Origin: Eledone cirrhosa
Taxonomy: Eukaryota
DNA: 64,000 nucleotides
Assembly (NCBI GenBank): GCA_964016885.1
Contig: OZ024742.1
Coordinates: 192,882,001 to 192,946,000, forward strand
Direction: 5' to 3'
In this document: in pieces, positions 56,131 through 64,000 of the stretch
Layout: the number at the start of each line of letters is the position of its first letter
Numbering within the stretch: position 1 is the first letter of the stretch
The notes under the pieces: model-generated
Database searches by the model: none
Told to the model about the DNA's origin: nothing
What the model saw: only the letters and a program-made list of their open reading frames with translations
Position numbers and translations under genes: made by a program

Positions 56131-56485
56131 AATTTTGAGATAGAGCGTCCGTGATGTTTGCTCTGATCTGATTAGTTTTGGGAATTCTACCTGTTTTTAT
56201 GTTAAAAAAGTGGCTCCAACGCTATTAAAATTGGTTTTTGCGCCAATTCGTGTTGCAAAAATTCTTGTGGTCAAAACAATTTTGATTGGTCGGTAGAGGT
56301 CATGTGGATGTAAAAAAATTGATTTTGCGCCAAGACTGAGAAATGACTCTTTCACAACAAATATGTGTGTGTGTGTGTGTGTGTGGTAGTAGTACTAAAG
56401 TGTTCGTTGTTGTGATAATTGTTAGCAGGGATGTGTGTGCGACCGCAGCCTGTTGACAGTTCAAATGCCTATTAAGACAAGTGTG

Positions 56486-56565
<80 letters not shown>

Positions 56566-56910
56566 GCAGAGTAATTCGTGGTAGAGGGATGGTCAGTAGG
56601 AATGTGTCTGTAAGTGAGTGGGGGATATTTTAACATGTCAAAAGATATTTTTCAGCTCTTGTCTTATACGGAGAAGTGTGTGTGTGTGTGTGTGTGTATA
56701 AGTCTCTTTGTATGTTAATGTACGCATGTGTATGTGTGTGTGTATATATGTGTGTGTGTGTGAGAATGTGTGTTTGTGTGGGTGGACCAGTATTATTTTC
56801 CCCTGATAAAATGGTGTACATTATTCGATATTTTCAGTAAAATCGATTCTCTCAATAGAACATCAAAAACCTTAACAATAAAAGGTGTGAAATGATATTC
56901 ACTATATATA

Positions 56911-57836
56911 TATATACATGAAGCTAGATTTAACACCTGTCTAGTGGGTCCGGGTATGATTTTACATTCATTTAAATTATTGACGTATTGTTTTATTGAT
57001 ATTTTTTATCTGTTTGTCCCGAATCTTCCTCTATCGATTTTAAATCGTATGGTTGATTGTAGACTTGTTCTATATGTGACGGTATTTTAACGATAGTTAT
57101 AGCTCTGATTCATCTGAATTATTGAGCCCTCTGCCGCTCTTATCGAATCTCGTTTATCGTGAACTCGTGCGCCGATTTTTCGATACTCGATCTTTCTAAT
57201 ATATTTAGCTCTGGACATAGCTATCCACCAGTTAATTTTATTGCTCATTTTTTGTCGATTCTATTGAGTGATGAATAGCTTTTGTTTTATTTTAACATGT
57301 CTATTGAGCACTCTAATTCGATATGTGTATTTCCACATTCACTCGAATTGTTTTCGCGGATATAGGGGTCATCTCCCTTGTCTAATGCCATGTGCGTTTT
57401 TCACTGGTAGTTGGCTCCTCTGCCGCCAGGGAAAAACTCGTTGAGAAAGTAAACCTCCGTTCCGCTTACTCTAGTAGGCTTTTATATTTATATGTGAGCT
57501 GATAGAGTACAGTCTAAGGATTTACAGAAACCCATGAAGCTAGATTTAACACCTGTCTAGTGGGTCCGGGTATGATTTTACATTCATTTAAATTATTGAC
57601 GTATTGTTTTATTGATATTTTTTATCTGTTTGTCCCGAATCTTCCTCTATCGATTTTAAATCGTATGGTTGATTGTAGACTTGTTCTATATGTGACGGTA
57701 TTTTAACGATAGTTATAGCTCTGATTCATCTGAATTATTGAGCCCTCTGCCGCTCTTATCGAATCTCGTTTATCGTGAACTCGTGCGCCGATTTTTCGAT
57801 ACTCGATCTTTCTAATATATATATATATATATACAT
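56911..57836 (+). mobile_element. Nested insertion with ~288-bp direct repeats and a 16-bp TSD
   Basis: 56917-57203 matches 57533-57820. atattcactatatata occurs at 56895-56910 and 57837-57852. Confidence 0.8.
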
Positions 57837-57945
57837 ATATTCACTATATATACATATATATATATATGTCATTGTGTTTATATGTGGGTAGAGATGTGTG
57901 CTGATGTAGGTATGTATGTTGACGTGTGTATGTTTTGGGTTCGTC

Positions 57946-60900
57946 TTAGGGAGAAGTGTTTAGACGGGGTCCGTATTTGTTAATAAAGTAAGATTCCTTG
58001 CTGATGCGCTGGGTGTGGGTGGCATTATCTTTAAATTTGTAGAGGGGAAATATTCTGAAGTTGGGATGATTTGGGGCGGCACAGGTATCAATGTGTTCAC
58101 TCAGTGGTATTTTCCTGTATTCCCGTATTTTAATTTGGGATCTATGGACAATCATGCGTTGGCGGAGGCTGTTTTTGGTCTGGCCTATGTATTGTTCTCA
58201 ACAACCTGAGCAAGTTAATACATATATTAGATTTTCCGATGCACATGTGAAATTGTGTTTTACTATAAAACGTTGTCCTTCTTTGAAATAGAATTCCGAA
58301 CCCTCTATTAGGTTGATGCAAATGCCACAGTTGGGTCTATCGCATTTTTTTTGCTGTGGGTTTCGTTGTTGTGGTTGGCAGTACTTTGGCATGTGTTAGG
58401 AAGTTTTTCATTGACTTAGATTGTCTTTTGCTCTTTATGATATCGTGTGTTCGTAGGATTTGGTTCATTATATGGTCCTTTTTCAACACAGGGATGTTCT
58501 GGAGGATGGTGTTAAAGGCCTCATTGTTGAGGGGGTTGTGTGTGGAGATGTATGGAAGAGCTTTTAGTTTCGGTTGATTTACTTTAGGGTGTCTAAGGTC
58601 CTGGGTACTGAGTTTTAGGGCACGTTGGATTCCATTGTCAATTAGTGATGCAGGGTAGTCCCTGCCTATGAGTGTGTCCTTTAGTTCTTGTAGCCGTAAG
58701 TAGCAGGTGTTTTTATTGGAGACTATAGTACAGATTCTCTTGGCTAAGTTGTAGCGAATATTAATTTTAACGTGTCTAGGGTGGCAAGAGTTGAAAGGGA
58801 GATATTGCTTGGAGTCTGTGGGCTTGTAGTATATGTCTGTTTCTATTTTTTGGTTATGGATCTTAATGAGGATATCGAGGAAGGGGAGTTGTTGATGGCT
58901 GTATTCCATCGTGAAGTTAATATTCGTGTTGAGCCCATTTATAAGGGTGTGAAATTCTTTAAGTTTCTCGATGTTTTCGTGCCAAAGGATGAAGCAGTCA
59001 TCTAGCTATCGCTTCCAGTTCCTTTCTATGTGTAAGTGGAGAGTGTTTCCAAATTTGTTTAGGACTTTAGTGTAGAGGGTTGATTTCCAGGTAACCCATG
59101 ACTAGGTTGGCATAAGTGGGGTGTTTTCGTTCCCATAGCGGTCCCAGATTTCTGCCTGTAGGGTTTGTTATTGAAAACGAAGTAATTGTTCTCCAAGATA
59201 AATTTGAGTCCCTCTATCACGAATTCTTTTTCGATGCGTTGTGGGAGTTCATTGTGGTAATTATCCAGCCAGAATTGGATAGCTTCTATTCCTAGGTTGT
59301 GGGGGATGTTGGAGTATAGATTGACTACATCGAACGTCACTAGTAGGGTTTGTTCAGAAAGTGGCATATTAGGGAGGTGATTGAGCATATCTAGGTCGTC
59401 CCTTATATAGCTTTTGATGTGTTTGAGAAAGGGCTTGATAAGGGTATAAATGAAGTTGCTAAGGCGGTGGGTTTCGCAAGCGGGGCCTGCTATTATAGGT
59501 CTTAATTTGAGATCATTAGGTGAGGGGACATTGATGACTATGTCTGTGGCTTCGTTGCATGCCTTACTTATTAATTCGCTTTTATGTACTTTAGGGATAC
59601 CGTAGAAAAGGCTGGATTTACTTGTGAAGTCTGTGATGAAGCTGAATTCCTTGTTAGTTAGTCCTTCTTTGTATTGGTTGATTAGAGTTTTTAGGTTTCT
59701 CATAATTTTCTGTTGATTGTAGTATTCAGCCTTTTCGTAGTATGCTTCGTTTTCCAAAGTGGAGAGCGCTAAGTTGATATAGAATTCTGTCTCCACTAGG
59801 ACTACTCTACTCCCTTTATCAGCCTCTTTAATTGTAATGGTTCTGTCGGTTTTTAATCTATCTAATTCTCCCCATTCTTTCTTGTTGAGGTTTGGCTTGT
59901 GTTTTTGTCTGTGCAAGTGTTGGTAAGGGAAGTTTGTGATGTGTTCACAGAATTCATCCAGGATTTTATTTCTACCTTTTGATGGGGTGTATTTGCTTCT
60001 ATTTCTGGCTAATGATTCATCCTCATTGTACTGGTCGAATAGTTGTTCACTAAGTCGTAACTTTCTACAGAAGTCTGTGATGTCTTCCTTCATTTCATAG
60101 TAGTTAGGACGTAGTGGGGTCGGTGTGAATTTAAGACCTTTGGAGAGTAAGTTGATAAGGTTGGGTGTTGGTTCTGCACTAGTAAGATTGATAATTTTTT
60201 TTATTACTATCGGTTTCTCCTCCCTGTCTTGTGTTATTTTGTTTGCCTGTATCTGTGTGCTGTGTCTAATAAATGGTTGGGGTAGAGGGGTTGTCTGCTG
60301 ATGTTAAGTGGTCTCCTGTGTTTGTTATATTCCTTGTTGTTGTAAAATGTGGTTCGGGTTGGTGGTTGTAGATTGAATGGGGTGTTCCTGTACTGCGAGT
60401 ATGGGTGTGTGTTTCTATGTGCCATGTTGTATTGTGGTGTTATAGGTGGCCTACGTTGTTGGTTGTATCGTGTGGTGTGGGTTTGTTGTGTATTGTGGAA
60501 GCGAGAGTTGAGAAAATGGTAATTACCTTGCTGTCCCCTTGAAGTGGGGAAGTTGTTACATATATCATGGTGGTGGTATGTTTTCCTTATGTTTGACGAT
60601 GAGGCATCCGATGATTTCTTGAGTTTTTGTTCCTTCTTATGGTAGCGAGGTTGGGAAGTTCATCTTCGGTCTGGTGCTTCCTTCTTCGTTTGTTAGTGGC
60701 TTGGGGGTTTGAGAGGTTGTTGTGCGGTTCAGTTATGGGTTTTCCTATTTTTATGAACGGGTTATTGGAGGTGTAATCCGTTTGAAAAGTCGATTCATAG
60801 TGCGGCGGCACTTTTTGCCGAGCGGCACTTTTTTCCCAGCATTGAAGGGATTTCAGTTCTTCTCTGTTGCAGTCGCCTTTCCATAATTTGGAGATCTTAT

Positions 60901-61510
60901 TTACCTTGGAGCCTTCAGTTTTATTGTTGATTTCCAGAAGGATCTCTTCATCGATGGTTTTGATTTTTTCCTCATTTGTCTGGGCCCTCAGTTTAAGAAG
61001 TTCAATTTCTGTCTACATTTTCCCCAATGCCATTCTTTCCCTAAGGTGTCTTTGAGGTTCGGGTTCATTTAGAATGGACTTTATTTGTATTTTACGGTGG
61101 AGAGTTAGAGGGGTTGAGTTAAGCCATTTTTCATATATCTCCGCTTTGTTGTGATTTTGTATCATCTTCCAGAATGAGAACTTTCTGTCTCTGAGGGATT
61201 TGTTCCATTTTGGAATTGTTCGAATTTTCATTTTGTATGAATCAATCTCACGTGGTTCTTCGTTGGTTATTCCTGGGTTGGTAGTAGTGAACATAGTTTG
61301 GATAGTATCGCAAAGATTTTGGAGTTTATCGCCGATTTCAGAGGGTTTGTATCCGGTGGCGGTTTCCTTATTTGTGGAGTCAAGTTTGTCGACCAGCAAA
61401 GATAGGTTGGTGTTAATTTTCTTGAGTTCCTGTAGAATCTCTTCATTTGTGTTGATGAGGGTTGTATCCGTTTTTGTTGGTATTTTCTGTATCTCGTGTG
61501 AGGATATGAT
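57946..61510 (-). pseudogene. Neptune-like PLE polyprotein (long N-terminus, RT, Cys linker, GIY-YIG) with frameshifts and stops
   Basis: LLSKGLKFTPTP, IKEADKG, FYGIPKVHK, LRPIIAG, FDVVNLYSNIPH, QKSGTAMG, LDDCF, LPFLD, YKPTD..SCHP, CDRPNCGIC, LIYVLTC..YIGQT. Confidence 0.93.
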
Positions 61511-61862
61511 AGTTAAAAGAATAGAGGTGTAACACACAAGTTATTATATATTGGTAAACGGAATAGAAAATGCTGACAAATTATTCACAGTGAAAAATAG
61601 TTTAATTAGGAATAAAGGAGAATTAGTATTTGTATTGGTTAGTATTCAGTTTTGGTTTAAAGTTTTACGGGTTGCGCATTTCTAAATGCTTTTCAAAAAT
61701 AATTTTTCAAAAATAATTTTTGAAAAGCATTTAAAAATGCGCAACCGGTAAGACTTAAAACCAAAACGGAATACTAACCAATACAATTACTAATTCTCAT
61801 TTATTCCTAATTAAACTATTTTTCACTGTGAACAATTTGTCAGAATTTTCTATTCCGTTTAT

Positions 61863-61926
<64 letters not shown>

Positions 61927-62508
61927 CGGCGATGAATTAGTTTTGCGAGGTTTTTTATATGAAATCGTGTGTCGAAACAGATATTGTTATATTTGGGGAG
62001 GGTCATATTTGCGTAATATTGCCAGAATTAATAATAGAACACACTCACTGTTTGGTTGGTTTTCGCTTCTCGCTGTCTTTTATATATATATATATCTGCG
62101 ATCTAACTTACTCGGTCCTCAATGTTACCATTGACTGACCGGCGGTCAAAAATAATACAGATACAATATAGACACAAACACATATATATAGTTTACATAA
62201 TTTACATAAATCTTTCGTTGCACATCTGCAACATCGTCAGTGGTGTTATATTCATTGTTCCTCCTGTTGTGTTGTATGTCTACGCCATTTTTTTTGTTCA
62301 GTCTGTCTATATATTTATTTATTTATTTGCTTGTTTGTTTATCTTATTTTATTTTGTCTTCTTTGCGCATGCGTTTGCGTGTGTGTATAGTGTTATGTGT
62401 GATGTGTGACTAGTGTGTATAGTGTTGTGTCTGCTGGGTGACTAGTGTGTGTTTATGTGCTTGTGTATGTATTTATTTATCTTATTTTATTTAATTTTAT
62501 TTACTTAT

Positions 62509-63960
62509 TTATACTTCTCTTAGGTCAGTGTTGTTTGTTTGGGTGTTGTTGTTGTTCCACTCATTCTTTCTGTTTAGCTTTGGTCTTCTAATTTCTATTT
62601 CACTGGCCTCTCTGATTTGCCTATCTGCTGGGTCATTCCTATGTTTAGATATTATTCTAATTTCTATGTTGTCTATGTTACCGTCATGTTGTTGTCTAGC
62701 ATGTTCGTATAGTACTGAACCGTTTTTTCGTCCTTTTAGTTCCCCCCAGTGTTGGTCTATCCTTTCACCTATGCTACGAGCTGTCTCACCTATGTATGTT
62801 GTTGTCATGTTTCTGCAAGTACTCTCTGTACATCTTATGCTATAGACTACGTTTCTAGTTTTACAGTTTATCCGGGGGTTCACCTTACATATGATACATT
62901 TCCTATTAGTACAGTGGGTTTTCTTAAAAGAGTAGGTTTTGCTGATCAGGGATTTTATGGTGGTTCCTGGCTTTTCTACCACCTTTATTTTTAAGTGGGT
63001 CTTTCTCAGGGCCTTTCTACACTGGTTAGCTAATTTCCCTCCAGGGGTGGCGTCCACAAACATGACACTCTGATATCTTTGGTTGTCGTACCATGATGTG
63101 GCCTTCCCTATCTTATGTCTAGCCCTATCTAAGCTATTCCATGATTTGCTCCTGTATAGTGGGCAAATTCCTTTCATGTCCAGTTCTATGAGGGTCTTAT
63201 ACTTTTCCATGGCTCCTTCGTATACTCTGACTCTGTCTCTTTGGTTGTAGCCAGAGAACTGCATGCGGTTGATGAAGTGTTGGATGTGTCCTTCCATTTC
63301 TGTTGGGTCGCACATGCTAGACACATTCTTCATCACTCGTACCAAATCTGCGATCAGAATATTAAACTTAGCACTACTGGACATTGCTGAGTTTTTGAGT
63401 ATCAGGTATTTGGAGGCCATGGGTTTAGCATAGTGTGAGTGGAGAATTTGGGCTCTCTCGTCTATAGTGTTAATCCAGAGTTCTGTGTCTAATACAGGTA
63501 GTCTATTGTTAGGGTGTTTGGAAGGGAAGTCTATAGTTACAGTTATACTCTGGTGTATGGAATTAGCTATCTGCTGGATGCTTTCCATCGTGCTACGTTC
63601 TAAATCAAACTTGTTAGTGCTCTCTAGTGGAGGTGTTCTTATAACTATATTGATATCGTCTACATAACGAGAGTACATGATGAGGTCTAAGGAGCTTTCA
63701 TTAAGGAGATCTTTAAGTCTCCTTTCCCACTATACCATGAAAAGGTTGGCAACATCACCAGCTATGCTGACGCCGATGGCTGCTCCCTCATTTTGGGTGT
63801 AGATTTTCTCATTGAACTTAAATATGTGGCCCTTTAGGGTAGTTTTGATACTAGCCCCTATTGCATGTGCGACCATTTTTCTTACCTGATCAGTGTTTTG
63901 GGGGGTCCGTATAGCTTTGGTCCACCCAATCCACCTTCCTATGGGAGTCTTTTTAGCCAT
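62509..63960 (-). pseudogene. Nematis-like PLE RT and GIY-YIG (one stop at 63730-63732; continues beyond the window end)
   Basis: YTQNEGAAIG..ANLFM, RYVDD, LPVLD, YAKPMAS..SA, FVDATPGGKLA, C..KCIIC, NVVYSIRC..YIGETARS. The clade assignment is from remembered motifs. Confidence 0.88.
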
Positions 63961-64000
63961 TGAGGTTATGGTGGGGGGGTCTACCTCTTATAGGTCTACT

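Larger units (their letters stand above)
55925..61868 (-). mobile_element. Near full-length Neptune-like PLE: 3' pLTR, long 3'UTR, ORF, partial 5' pLTR and inverted pLTR copy
   Basis: 55925-56136 matches 61510-61706. 61712-61868 is an inverted copy. Both ends sit in (TA)n. Confidence 0.92.

Noticed and set aside
62030-62130. HHR for the Nematis-like element (minus strand TTGAGGA...GAAA)
   Set aside because: The U3/G8 combination does not fit and there are no convincing stems I or III.

Overview
This is AT-rich, microsatellite-dense eukaryotic (animal) DNA. The SINE types and repeat landscape resemble coleoid cephalopod/octopus genomes, but that is an inference. Almost all recognisable sequence is transposon-derived. 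It includes Penelope-like retroelements (PLEs) of three apparent clades (Naiad-, Neptune- and Nematis-like), two head-to-tail Tx1/L1-clade LINEs plus a third fragment tied to (TAA)n repeats, an IR/DR Tc1 transposon, Helitrons, RTE and R4/Dong fragments, tRNA-SINEs and MITEs. Two spliced exons of a host M13 (neprilysin-like) metallopeptidase lie on the + strand (26584-26667, 30472-30674). Neither is identified as such in the ORF track. The most striking hidden structure is about 16 type-I hammerhead ribozyme (HHR) motifs from about 10 pLTR families, including U3:A8-covariant and GCAA-core variants. Many of them sit in fold-back palindromes whose turning point lies in or next to the ribozyme. 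All folds were read by eye; none was computed or tested.
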